Of a DNA stretch of 64,000 nucleotides, positions 24,488-35,998 are shown one piece after another. This DNA comes from Camelus ferus (taxonomy: Eukaryota), in the NCBI RefSeq assembly GCF_009834535.1, contig NC_045709.1, forward strand, positions 52,328,001 to 52,392,000, read 5' to 3'. The notes beneath the pieces were generated by a model that was given only the letters and a program-made list of their open reading frames with translations, had not been told where the DNA came from and did no database searches. Position 1 is the stretch's first letter. Every line of letters begins with the position of its first letter. A program made the position numbers and the translations under genes.

Positions 24488-25060
24488 ATTTTTATTGTGG
24501 AAAAATTTCAAACTCACAGAAGCAGAAGGACAGTATGAAAAAGCATCTTTGTCCTTACCACTCAGCTTGAACAAATATGACATTTGTCAGTTTGTTTTTA
24601 TTTTTACCCTTCCACCTCCACCTTTTTTTGGTGTTTTTAAAACTATCTTAAAGCAAATTGCAGACATTATGCCATTTCCACTGTAAATTATTAACTATTC
24701 ATTTCCAACCGATATGATAAGGCATATATATATATATATAATGTTATAATGCCATATATATGTATATGGCATGCCATTATCAAATCTAATAGAATCAGTA
24801 GTAGTTTCTTAATATCATCTGATAGCTAGTTCACATTCATGACTCCCAGATTATCTCAAAGACACATTTACACAGTGTGTGGAGTCAAATCAAATCGAGA
24901 CCCAAACAAAGCCCTCATGCATCTGGTTGCTTTTTCTTACGTCTCATTTTCAATCTTAAGTCCCCTCTTCCCTTTATTTTCATTTTTGTCATTATCCTCT
25001 ACATTTTTGTTCTTTAGTGACGGATGCATTGTTAAGATATTTTTCAGGACCTACTGTTCT
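24488..25060 (-). mobile_element. L1MC-type 3' region
   Basis: ttttattgtggaaaaatttcaaactcacagaag ... gtttcttaatatcatctgatagctagttcacattca. Confidence 0.7.
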
Positions 25061-25249
25061 AATATAATCACAGGACATGAACAAGTCAGATAAGTAGATC
25101 ATCTTTTGAATCTGGGCAGAGAACTTACAAAATTAAATGGGCTTTATGTTTTATCTTTTATGTTGTGAATATCACTTATTTATCTTCAGATACTTCTTTG
25201 TTGGTGAAAAAAAGCAGTAAGCTCAGGAAGCACAGTTTCTGAATAATAG

Positions 25250-25357
25250 TTATATTTTATAATTTTATATTTACAATCTATTTATAAATTTATATTTATA
25301 ATCTATAATTTTATATTTACAATCTATTTATAATTTTATGCTTATAATTTATAATTA
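25250..25357 (+). repeat. AT-rich degenerate minisatellite (unit about ataattttatatttacaatctattt)
   Basis: Repeated units read directly. Confidence 0.8.
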
Positions 25358-28289
25358 ATCATTCCTAGAGATGAGGCAGAACAGTGACCCAAGTCTGTTG
25401 ATCCCTGGATGTGACAACATCCATCCTTGATGAAATGAGACAAAATCTAAAGTGTTCTTCTCCAAAGATTTCTCTACATCCATCTAGATGTCTTAATTTA
25501 TTTTAAATTATCAGAGTTGTGTACCTCATGTGTATTTTAATTTTCCTATGTGATGATTGGGAAGAAACTTATAAAACAAAAACTGATGATGATTTTCAGA
25601 AACCAGGATCCAGCCTTCTTAAGAGTTTTGCCAGTTAGCCATCCTTTGTTTCAGAAAAGTTACATGCTAAATGGGTCACTTCATTGGCAAAGGCAGTAAT
25701 TTCTGGGGCTTTATTTAGAAGAGATGAGGAAAGAAAGATAAATTGTGAAGAGAATTAGTAACACAATCTTTCAATTGCCAAGTATTTCAATTGATTAACT
25801 GTCAGACCAAGCATTTCCCTAAATTCAGCAAACCAACACAATCTGTCTTTTGACATATTCTTTGCAGTTTGTTAAGGCTTTTGGCCCAATTGAGAACACC
25901 AACCACTGACTATTAGTTCAGGTTTGATTTGTAGGTTAGAATTATTTTCTGTGGAGAAATCTATACATTGCATGGTAATTCCACAACCCAGTTAATCAAA
26001 ACTCTTATAGTAGCCAAGGAATGTACCAGAAAGTCTTAAAGAGCCATGCCAATGATTTGTAAAGCTATCTTTATTATTTTCTTCCCAATTTGTTACAACT
26101 ATGATACTCTCTGATGCTCTGAACTTTAATAGAATGGCTCCCCTGTAAGCCATTTTTTTCTAGCATGGGTAAGAAACTTTCTCTTGCTTTTAAGTACAGG
26201 TTAATTATGCAATCATTCATCATTACCCAATGCTGATTTGGGAGACTGTTTGGAAAAGAGAAGTTGTATACCTGCAGTCCTGTTTCTTAGGACATCTTGA
26301 AGTGATTATGAGTTAAAAACTCCGTGCCCTCGCTGAAACAAACAAGAAGGTTAAGGCTGTCGGTTTTCCAACCACGTGGAATACACTGTTCTCCAGTGTT
26401 GATCTTGATAAAGCAACCTCAATTTCATAAGCCCCTGAAAAACTAGAATTTAACTAGCTGGCAGAAGAACCGTGGCATCAATATGTCTTTAAATGGAGGT
26501 CAGGGAGAAGTTAAATTACTGACCGAATAGGGTAAAAATCTTTCCCCTGACATATAGCCTAATTTTTCAGTACATCTCCAGGCAAAATTGTGTGGCTTCA
26601 TTCGTTTAAATCATTTTGCTTCACACTAAAAGGAGGATGGGTAAGATGCGACATTGGTGCTCAAAAAGGGCAGTTATATATAAGTAAGAGCACCTCTCTT
26701 GACACAGTACTATTTTCAGAGATGCAACCATTTCTCCTGCAGGACGGCTACAACCAATCAAGTTGAATGTATACATGAGTCACCTTATGATTTTATTCAT
26801 CTCTGCTAATAGGCATATCTCTCAGCCTCTGCAGCTGTAATGGTGCCTGTCCAAATGGGCTCCCACTACACACATGAGGCTGTCTTGGCTCTCTCTTCCT
26901 CATAACCCAAGGCTTGTGGGTCATGGAATCCAAAGTCTTTGGCAGGAGAGACCTGAGGGTTAGGTCTGATAGTCTGGGCTGGTAGCCTTGGTTTGGGCTG
27001 TGCCCAGAGGAAGGGAGGTTCAAACAACCAGAGAAGTTTATAGCATGCGGAGCACAGTAGACATTTAATAAATGCTTCTTGACCAGCAACTGACTGTAGA
27101 TAGTATCTATAATCTAATTTTTAAAGAATAAGGCAGAGGTTATATTTTTTAGAGTAAAATGAAACTGGCTTAAAAAAAAAAAAAGAAAAGAAACTGGCTA
27201 ACTAAGGAGTAAAAGATTATGTTAGTAAAACTGGGGATGGGGCAAAGATGAGATACCAGTACATCCACTGGGTTATCAGTGAAACGAGGTATTGCAGGAA
27301 GACACCAGGACTAGGGAGGATCAAACAGAAGAGCTCCCCCTGACAAAGGCGATGTCCTGGGCTCAGTTCCAGCTTATAGATTGGAGTACATATAGAAATA
27401 TATGCATTTATGCATATATACACATATAGGTTACTTCTAGGAAAATTGTGTCTTCAGGAACTAAGGAGATAAACCAGCCTCTGTTCATAAATTAAAGAAA
27501 CCCTTATATCAGATTATCTTTCTCCTATGACATCCTCATTCAATTTTCTAAAATGTAACATCAACTTAAACCTTCTGTTCTTGTGAGTACCCCCAAAGAA
27601 GCACAAGGAAAACCTCTAATCTTTCTAAGACAGAGCTGGTCAAAACAATCAAGGTATAATACTCAGCCTGCTTATCCAGTGGCATCACTTCCTCGTGCAC
27701 TGGGCACTATTCAGGCAGATCCTTTCTAGGTGCCACTTCCTTTGAGGAGCCTGTGAAAGTTGAGAACATCTTCCCGGAAAAGTGTTCCCTACCCTCACAG
27801 ATTTTCACATATAATCTCAGGAGGATCCTGGACCCTTCAAGCTCATGCATGGCCTTTGGACGGGTGGGTGGCCCCAAAGGGCTTCCCTAGTTCTGCCCTT
27901 AGTGGGGAGACAGTGTGAGGCAGTGGTAAGAGCATAGCTCTAGGCCCCTGCTCAGTACCCCTCCTCTTTGTAGACACTGTGGCAGACACAGCGAATAGTT
28001 GCCCGCTCATGTTTGTTTAGCACTTTTTTCTTTTAAGAGAACACTGACGTTTTTCTGGCTTGCAATGTGCGTAATGAAAACACGACTTTTTTCCAGCCAT
28101 ACTGGCACCAGGGGATGATGCGATGATGCAGCAGCCCACTGGGTGGAGCTTTTGGGGCCCCTCCCCCCAACATAGGGGCAGAATTCTCCAGGGCACATCC
28201 TTTGCCCTTTGATCCTTCCTCTTGACCTTCACGGAATATGGACCCAACACTGGTTGTTGGCCAACACGTGAAAGCCATCCTATCTTAAC

Positions 28290-28630
28290 CTGTTCAGGCT
28301 ACTGTAATGAAGTACCATAGACCGGGTGGCTTATAAACAGCAGAAACGTGTTGCTCACAGTTCTGGAGACGGGAAGTCCAAGACCAGGGTGCCAATGTGC
28401 TTGGCTTCTGCTGAGAGCCCTCTTCCAGGGTGCAGACTGCCAGTTTGTCATTGTCCTGGTGGAAGAGGGGAGGAAGCTCTCTCTGGCCTCTTTCTAAGGG
28501 CACTAATCCCACTCTGGAGGGCTCTGCCCTCATGTCCTGACCACCTCCCAAAGGCCCCTCCTCCTGATATCACCTTGGGGTTTAGGTTTCAACATGTGAA
28601 TTCTGGGGACACAACCATTCAGCCTATAGA
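28290..28630 (-). mobile_element. MLT1A-like LTR
   Basis: gttcaggctactgtaatgaagtaccatagaccgggtggcttataaacagcag ... aggtttcaacatgtgaattctggggacac. Confidence 0.85.
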
Positions 28631-28639
28631 ACATATATT

Positions 28640-28815
28640 AAGAAAAATGGCAGAGCTGAAAGCCAGAAGCAACTGACAGCCTGGTGACATCACAGAACGC
28701 TGTATCAGTCCTGGAACCTGACTCTAACTTTCTTATGTTAGAAAAGAAAAGCCTTCATGTGTTTAAACCTAGATTTGAGAGGTTTCTGTTGATCGCAGTC
28801 AAACACAATCCCCGA
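28640..28815 (+). mobile_element. Old MLT1 (J/K-like) 3' part
   Basis: atggcagagctgaaag ... tgacatcacagaacgctg ... gtttctgttgatcgcagtcaaacacaatcc. Confidence 0.55.
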
Positions 28816-28984
28816 GTGCATTCCATTCATTAATATAATGTATTGCATACATTAGTTCATTAACATTTGATGATCTAAAATCCTCTGGGGATAGGAATTA
28901 TTACCACAAAACCAAAGTGAATTGCCTGGCATCAAATCTTTTCATTATTTTGAGTTTTTCTCTCCCTCTTAAATCGTAAATCCA

Positions 28985-29460
28985 GTCTCCCCCAAGTCTT
29001 TCTGGCTGTTCTTCTCCACCTGCACCATCATGGCTTTAGATCAAACTTTTCCCACCTGAACTGTTGCAGAGGCCTCATGATTATTCTCTCTCCTTTGAGT
29101 CTCATTCATTCATTTCTGTCTGCAGCAACTCTTCCTTAAATGTCAAGTGCAGTAGAGGATGCTGGAAAAAAAAATCGTGAAGTAGATGTGGCTCATGTCA
29201 TTAAACATTTTGGATTCTTCCTACTTACAGTCATCAGTGATCCTCCAAAAATGTAGATACCATCACGTCATCTCCTGCTTACAATCCTAAAACAATGTCC
29301 CACAACCTATAGGTAAAACTGAAGACTTTGAATTTCCCATAAGCTCTTTCAGAACCCTGCAATATGCTAACTCTCCAACCTCATCTTACCACCTTCCATC
29401 TCCTTTTCCTCCCAGGTTCCCTATTTTCAAGTTCACTGAGCTGCTTGCTAGGTAATGTAT
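28985..29460 (+). mobile_element. L2 fragment
   Basis: caccatcatggctttagatc ... tgcagaggcctcatgattattctc ... accatcacgtcatctcctgcttacaatcc. Confidence 0.6.
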
Positions 29461-29959
29461 TTAAAGCACCTTAACACAAGGCCGGCGAGAATAGGCACTT
29501 AGAAAATGAGGCTTGCTTTCTTCAGCCCTTTCTCAAACACGTATGCTTTCACACCTTCTGAGTTTGCACATCACTTTTGCCTGAAATTTCTTGTTCACTT
29601 TCCCTCCTAGAAGACTTTCTATCCAGAGTTCAAGATTCAGCTTCCATACTGTGATCTCTGCAGCCCCTGATGACGTGGAGAATCCATTTTCATGCTTAGT
29701 AACTTCGTTCCACATCTAAGAACCGGAAAGATACTAAAAATGTTGAAAAGCATTAGTGATAAGTGCAATTAATTTGCTTCAAATAAATTAGGTATTGATC
29801 ATTGGTATTAAAGCACTATTAGATCAAGGAAGATTCTTTAGAGTTGGCTGTAGTAGGAAAGTGATTGTAACAGATTCCCGGTAACCTAAAGGCAGCTAAA
29901 ATGTTTGGCTCTGCGATGGTTGGAGGCAATGATAACATCTAATGCAGGAAGTACAACTA

Positions 29960-30560
29960 ATTAATTCAATATTTATTAAGTACCTGATGTATGGACCTCT
30001 GTGGAGTTGCTGACAAGGTAGAGAGACTGATATAAAGCAGGAGTTCCCCTGGAAAGTTTGGAGGAAGGAAAAGGTGTAAGTATAATGAGGCAAGAGAATG
30101 GAAGGTAAGATAAGAGAGTAAGTTACAGGCCCCTGAGTTTAGATTAGATATGAAAGGAAATGAACTCCCAGAGACTGACAAAACTGGGAGGAAAATCAAG
30201 AGATTAAGCACCTGAATGTCTGAATGCAGTCAAAGAATTTGTTTAGTGGATATAATAGGGGGAAATAGTAGAAGAGGAGATGGTGATTAGAAAATGGGAA
30301 ATCCCAGGGGGGTGGGTATAGCTCAGTGGTAGAGCACAAGCTTAGCATGCATGAGGTCCTGGGTTCAATCCCTAGTACCTCCATTTTTTTAAAAAAAAAA
30401 AGGGGAAAAAAGAAAATGGGAAATGTGAGTTGAAGGTGTCAGTGCTGAAGCATTCCCTGGGGATGAGAACATCCCCTCAGCAGTCATGGGTATAGAGTGG
30501 AATGAAATCGCCAGACATTGAGGTGAGGAGGACAAGGCACCATGAGGTTAGAACACTGGG
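29960..30560 (-). mobile_element. L2 fragment interrupted by a SINE
   Basis: attcaatatttattaagtacctgatgtatg ... aaatgtgagttgaaggtgtcagtg ... tcatgggtatagag. Confidence 0.55.
30307..30410 (+). mobile_element. Camelid Vic-1-type SINE, short-tail form
   Basis: ggtatagctcagtggtagagc...cttagcatgcatgaggtcctgggttcaatccctagtacctcc; TSD agaaaatgggaaat at 30289-30302 and 30411-30424. Confidence 0.92.
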
Positions 30561-30896
30561 CTTGTCCACATGGACAGACAAGTCATCTAGAATGATGGCT
30601 GGACAAAGGGTGTGGATGAAGAACGGAAGTCAGATGAAGGATTCTAGGTATTTGTAGGAGGTCCTCTATGAGGAAGCCAGAAGGTACTCAAGCTGAATGG
30701 TTTAACCCTCACAGGACAAGGGGTATTTACACAACGATGGGAGAACAGTGCTTTAGAGCTGTCCTGGGGGTTCCCTCCCCCTCCAATCACTCATACATAT
30801 GCACCAAAGCCTAATGCTGAAAAGCTGAAAGGGCTAAGGGAAATTGTATTCTTGGGAGAAAACCAGGTTTAAACCCAATCAAGAAGGTGTAATGAG

Positions 30897-31021
30897 GTGG
30901 GGAGAGTATAGCTCAAGTGGTATGCTTAGCATGCATGAGGTCCTGGGTTCAATCCCTGTAACTCCTCTAAAAACAAAGAAAGAAATAAACCTAATTAGCA
31001 CCCCACCAAAAAAAAAAAAAA
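30897..31021 (+). mobile_element. Camelid Vic-1-type SINE, long-tail form with a small internal deletion
   Basis: ggggagagtatagctcaagtggta-tgcttagcatgcatgaggtcctgggttcaatccc; TSD agaaggt(g/a)taatgag. Confidence 0.9.
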
Positions 31022-31466
31022 TAGAAGGTATAATGAGTCTTCTGTGAAGATGATTAAAATGACAGAATTTTTCTTGATCATGAAGTGGGATTTCTTGAAA
31101 AAGTAAAACATTGTGAGAGAGTTCAATAGTCAGGGGGCTGGCCAGGGGAAGGGAGACACAGAAAACCACCAGTATAAAAAATACAAAGAGAATAGATGGC
31201 CCAAGGGATTTCATTTTTTGACAAGGATGTTGGGTGTGAGGCACAGTGAAACAGCCAGCATCGAGATTTTAAGGAAACGAGGGGGACAAGTATTTTGAGG
31301 GCTGGTTCAGGCTGAGCTTCAGATGCTTCCTAGGGCAGGTAGTGTAAGCCTTCCATGACCTCTGCTCTGGGTTTGTGCACATTATTGAGAAATTGTTGTG
31401 CTGTCTCTAAAGCAATTCCAACCCAGTTGGTTTAGAACTCAAATTCCACAGCATCTATATACTTAC

Positions 31467-31658
31467 CTCCTGGTAGAAATCTTCCAGTGAGAGAAATGTC
31501 TTAAGCTTGTGAAGGAATATGCTGTGGCCCGGATTGGGTTTCCTCTTGGGGATACCCCTGGCAGCATCAAGTGGAGGTGAAATCCAGGAAAAGGAGATCC
31601 TTGCTCTCAAAGACATAAAAAGAGCAGAAAAAGATCCGCTCATCGTGGTGTGTGGCAC
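31467..31658 (-). other. Candidate symmetric exon, 192 nt, open in phase 0 (VPHTTMSGSF...LSLEDFYQE)
   Basis: Acceptor aattcttttttgtgcttcccag and donor GAG|GTAAGT; length divisible by 3; only one open frame. Product not recognised. Confidence 0.35.
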
Positions 31659-31769
31659 CTGGGAAGCACAAAAAAGAATTTGCTGAATGAATTCTTATAA
31701 ATTGCAAGTTAGAAAATGGAAGCTTTGAGAGCACATTTTCATATTGCTTAAAAGGACTGTAGGAAATAC

Positions 31770-32290
31770 TTGTCATTCTTGCCGGCTGCTTTGTACCTGA
31801 GCCACTTCTCTACTTGGGGGAGTTCCCATTTTATGAGTTAGAGGTAGAAACTCATGCCAGCTCCTCAGTTTTCCTGCCTCCCTTGCAGGTCAGGAGCATG
31901 CATGAGGCTTAGATGAGATGCAACTTTCAGGGCTTTCCCCTAGGATCCAGAATGTGGAATAGCAAAACAGTGTTTCTTACAGCAGAGCAGCAAGACCAGT
32001 CTCCCAGAGCAGTATTAGTAACAGTGGTGGTGACAGCACCCGGCGCTCCGTGCTGGTGGTGTCAGCAGTGTGCGCTGCAGGTTGTCACACTCAGTGGTTG
32101 TGGGAGTTGTCCTCACCCAGCCAGTTCTGCATGGGATTCATGCTGTTGTTCCTGACACATCCTCCCCTCCTGTTTTCTCATTCCCATGTGATTCCTACCC
32201 AACATCCTTTTGGTAAATTCAAGTTCTCCTTAAATAAAAAAGATAGATTGGGTTTATTCATTCTGAGAGCTATAAACTCTACTGATACAG
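31770..32290 (+). mobile_element. ERVL LTR, LTR16-like
   Basis: ttcctgcctcccttgcagg ... ttttggtaaattcaagttctccttaaataaa ... ctactgataca. Confidence 0.65.
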
Positions 32291-32318
32291 GTGTTTGATA
32301 CAGAAGTGGAGTTGCTAG

Positions 32319-32377
32319 AGGGGCTTCAAGACGGTGGAATAGAAGGATGCAGAGCTCACCCCCTCCCACAAAATACA
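32319..32377 (+). mobile_element. Isolated L1 5'-end fragment
   Basis: ggggcttcaagacggtggaatagaaggatgcagagctcaccccctcccacaaaatac resembles the cetartiodactyl L1 5' terminus (cttcaagatggcgga...gagatcaccttcctccccacaaatac). Confidence 0.6.
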
Positions 32378-32900
32378 GATTTTTTTGGTGGGCTGCTGAA
32401 AGCAACAACCTAAAATGAAGAACTAGGGTAAGTGGTAGTGAGGAACCTGACTGGCAAATTAGTGACTCTTTGTGAGGTTGTGAAGCAATAGGTTAAACTG
32501 TCTGTTGCTCTTGAACACACGTTGTGAGCCCAGGGAGATTTTGGTATTAGGGGAAATGGTAGGAAGACCAATGGATGCCTTTCAGTGAAGTTCCATGGGA
32601 AAGAGACAAATTAAGACTGAGGATGGACCATCTTAGAGAAGGCGGCAGGAGACTTAGCCACAGCAGATACATTTGAGCCAAAAGACAAGTTTAATCTTCC
32701 AGACCCGCCTTAAACTATTTTTATAAAGTTATTTCTGCCTGATGAAGAGAAAAACCCAGATGGCCAAGATTGGATTATCAGTATTGCCTTCCCACCCAAG
32801 GTTATTGTTTCAAATTGCCTCAGGGCAGAAGTCATTAATCTGAGGTCTAGGAGAACTGGCATCATGTAGAAGTCCCTGGCGTGGAGTCAGGAATTCTCAG
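32378..32900 (+). mobile_element. Degenerate ERVL/MaLR internal-leader remnant
   Basis: gattttt...ggtgggctgctg...acctaaaatgaag follows the LTR and resembles an ERVL/MLT1 internal start. Confidence 0.35.
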
Positions 32901-34074
32901 GCTCACAGTCTATTTCTAGAAAAGATCGTTGGCTGTGTTATTAGCCCATGGAGTTGACTGGAAGCACCTGAAGCCTACTGAGTTCTTACAGGAATTGTAT
33001 TACCAAAGAAAGCCCAAGGTTAATAAACAGTGACCTGTGATGGCCAGGTCTCTACGGCGAGTCCCCGAGCTCCTAAACTCCCACCAACAGGATGCAGAAC
33101 ACTGAAGCTGTGCAGCCCCGGTGAGAACATTTTCCCTGAAGTTCATCTCCAGTTTTGCCATTAAGGAGAATTATATTAGTGCGGGTAGGGTGACTGACAT
33201 AACACATGGATCCAATATTTCAATGTTCCAAACACAGTGGAAATTTCATTTCTTATTCATACAACAGGATTGAGCAACTGAAGACGTAGGTGGCACAGCC
33301 TTTACCTAGGCAGTAATTTAGGGGATTCAGGCTGAAAGAGGTTCAGCCAGATTTGACGCCATCTTTTACATTTATGAAGTATCTCCACTTTAGTGAGCTG
33401 GAAGGAGGGGGGAAAAACACACATGTAAGCACACATGCTGGTGGTTTTATGAGCCCTGCCTGGGAGGGAGGGATACATGGCACTTCTACTAACATTCTGT
33501 GGGGCAGAATGCAGTCTATGTGGACTACAACTAAGTGCAAGAAAGGCTGGAAAAGGTGTCCTAGCTGTGTGTCCAACAAAGAAGAAGCAAGTATTGGAGA
33601 GCAGCTAACCATCTCTGCCCCAACAGAGGAAAGAAAGACCAGTCCAAATGTAGCACTGGGACAGTGCAATTGGGTGACCAAGACCTCTCTCTACGGCGGG
33701 GATAAGAAGCCCTGCTCCTCTCATCCAACAGAATTTAAGTGCTGTGAGCTAGTGACTGTTGTCAGTTAATTATATGGTTTCCTTTTCAGGATTGGAGTTT
33801 GTTTTGGGGGAGTGGGGACTGAGGGGAGAATTTATCCTACTTTATATTAGGTGTGCTGTGATGATCGTTTGTTCTTAGCCATATGTGCACAGACTATGAT
33901 AGAGAATCCAAGCCCAGAAGTCCCAGACTTAGAACTGGGTGTGTTGACTGATGAGATCTGAGATTGTCTCCCGTCAGGAAGGTGGTGGGTATATTTTATG
34001 TAAATGTGAGTGCTTTTTAACAAGTGTGAGTGGGATGGAGGGTATATATTTGGATGCTGATTGGGCCAGGTGGA

Positions 34075-34650
34075 CCTGAGGAGAACTTTTTTATTGCTAG
34101 CCCAACATCAGTTCCCTTGTTTCCTGCGTTTTAACAAAACTAAAATTTTATTCAGGTATTCCATCTCTTCTTGACTTCCATGAGTCATCTCATCTACCAT
34201 GGTCATCTCATTCCCTTTGCCTGTAGTGTAGGGGATGACATGAGATGCAGTCCTGGCCAGTGAAACATTAGGGGAAATTTGCTAGATGGCTTTAGAAAAA
34301 GATTTCATTACTAATAAAAGGAGACTCAGGTGGAAAAAAGGAATCTCTTTTTCCATTTGGCCTTGTTATGCGTGCGTACAATACCTGGAACTCTGCCAAC
34401 ACTGTGTCACCACGAAGAGCTGGATGAGGCTAAGGCTACAGGAGCATAAAAGAGCCAAAAAGATGGAAAGAACCTCAGCTGCAATCCCAGTATCATTAAG
34501 CCACTAAACTAACTGGCTTTGGAGCCACCCAATAGGAGGCTACAGACTTCTTACTACTCAAACTATTGTTACATTTTTATTAGTATTTAATACATTTTGT
34601 TACTGTTTTTGTTTTTCTGTGACTTTTACCTGAAAGCCTCCTAACTAATA
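34075..34650 (+). mobile_element. MLT1J/K-like LTR
   Basis: gtcctggccagtgaaacattaggggaa ... agatggaaagaacctcag ... ttctgtgacttttacctgaaagcctcctaactaata. Confidence 0.7.
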
Positions 34651-34801
34651 AAGATCGTTCTGTGTTGTCTAGTCCAAACATCTCATATCATACATGGAGG
34701 ATTTAAAGTTTAGTGCCCTGTCATAGAAAATACACGGTTTATGTGTGATAAGTGTATGTAGCCTTCGTAGATGATGCTAGTACTGGGAGCACGTGTCAGT
34801 A

Positions 34802-34803
<2 letters not shown>

Positions 34804-34835
<32 letters not shown>
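34804..34835 (+). repeat. (GT)16 microsatellite
   Basis: Read directly from the sequence. Confidence 0.97.
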
Positions 34836-34837
<2 letters not shown>

Positions 34838-35789
34838 CATGAGGGGGATAAAGTTGGGTTGGTCCATCTACATTTTCTCAACCAGTTCTCCTTGCAACTG
34901 AGAACATATATTTGATATCCAGTTGACAAGGTCAATGGTCTAGTGCTTGGTTATGAAATGAATTGAAGTCATGTTAGAACATTGTCTTGGACCTGTCAGG
35001 ATGTAGGGCTAAGCATCAGAAGTTATGCTCACTCTGAAAGTAAAAAGAAAACTTTATTACAAGCCCAGCAACGTGGAAGGAATTGAGAATTCCCCTTCAG
35101 GTTCTATTTTACACCAACTGCTTTGGACCAGTAAATAGCAGAAATAAAGCTTTGCAGATGTGGGTGGCTTGCTTGGTATTTTAAGATCCAGCGTTTGTGT
35201 TGGGTTTTTTTTTAGCAGCTGAACATTTCCTATGAATGTTTCTAAAGTTACTGCAGATCGTTTTCTTCCCATTCTATTATATTATACTCTACTTCCACCT
35301 TTCAATTATTGTGAATATGTAATGATGAAAATAACTACTATAAATAATGCATTGACTTTTTATATCTTTTTTCTAACAAAGAGAAAAATTCACGCTGAGC
35401 TGCAGGGAGAACAGGCGGCAGCTGCTGTGATTTCTCAATAGGCAAAGATGTGTGGATCGTTTGGAGAGAAGCAGTTTGTCCTCCTATTTGGGATGAGATG
35501 GGGGGACCCTCATAGCAGCCGCACTGATGGTCCACAACCCCACCCCACCCCCTTTTTTTTTACCATGAACAGTCTCCTAACTGAATGTGTAAGACGTTGG
35601 GGATGCCAAGAGCAGTGTTCCTTTGCTTTTCCTAATTTCCTGGGAGTTAAAGGTCCTCAAGAAGACAGTGGAGGCAACAACATGGATTTGCAGAACCTTG
35701 TGCAGAAAATGTATTAGTTTGACTCTTTGAGTAGGGGCCATTATTTGGTAAGCTTAGCTTACCTTTATTCTCAAGGGGTGGCTCATGCT

Positions 35790-35907
35790 GGAAACAATAT
35801 GGAATTTGGAATCAGGAGACCTGGGATGAAGCCCCAGTTCTGCCGCTTATGAGCTTTCTAACTTTGCTCAGGTAGCTTCACCTATCTCTGAAATTAAGAC
35901 AGTAATA
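35790..35907 (+). mobile_element. MIR SINE (host of the following SINE)
   Basis: ggaatcaggagacctgggatgaagccccagttctgccgcttatgagc. Confidence 0.7.
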
Positions 35908-35911
35908 TCCA

Positions 35912-35998
35912 GGGGAGGGAAATAGCTCAGTGGTAGAGTGCATGCTTAGCACGCGTCAGGTCCTGGGTTCAATCCCCAGTATCTCAGTTTTCAAAAAA
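35912..35998 (+). mobile_element. Camelid Vic-1-type SINE, short-tail form
   Basis: ggggagggaaatagctcagtggtagagtgcatgcttagcacgcgtcaggtcctgggttcaatccccagt; TSD aagacagtaata at 35896-35907 and 35998-36009. Confidence 0.92.

Noticed and set aside
24749-24772. Hairpin atgccatata-tatg-tatatggcat next to a (TA)n run
   Set aside because: It lies in an L1MC remnant and is explained by self-complementary TA microsatellite.
33353-33769. 138-aa plus-strand ORF
   Set aside because: It overlaps degenerate LTR-like sequence, has no recognisable motif and no supporting splice or promoter context.
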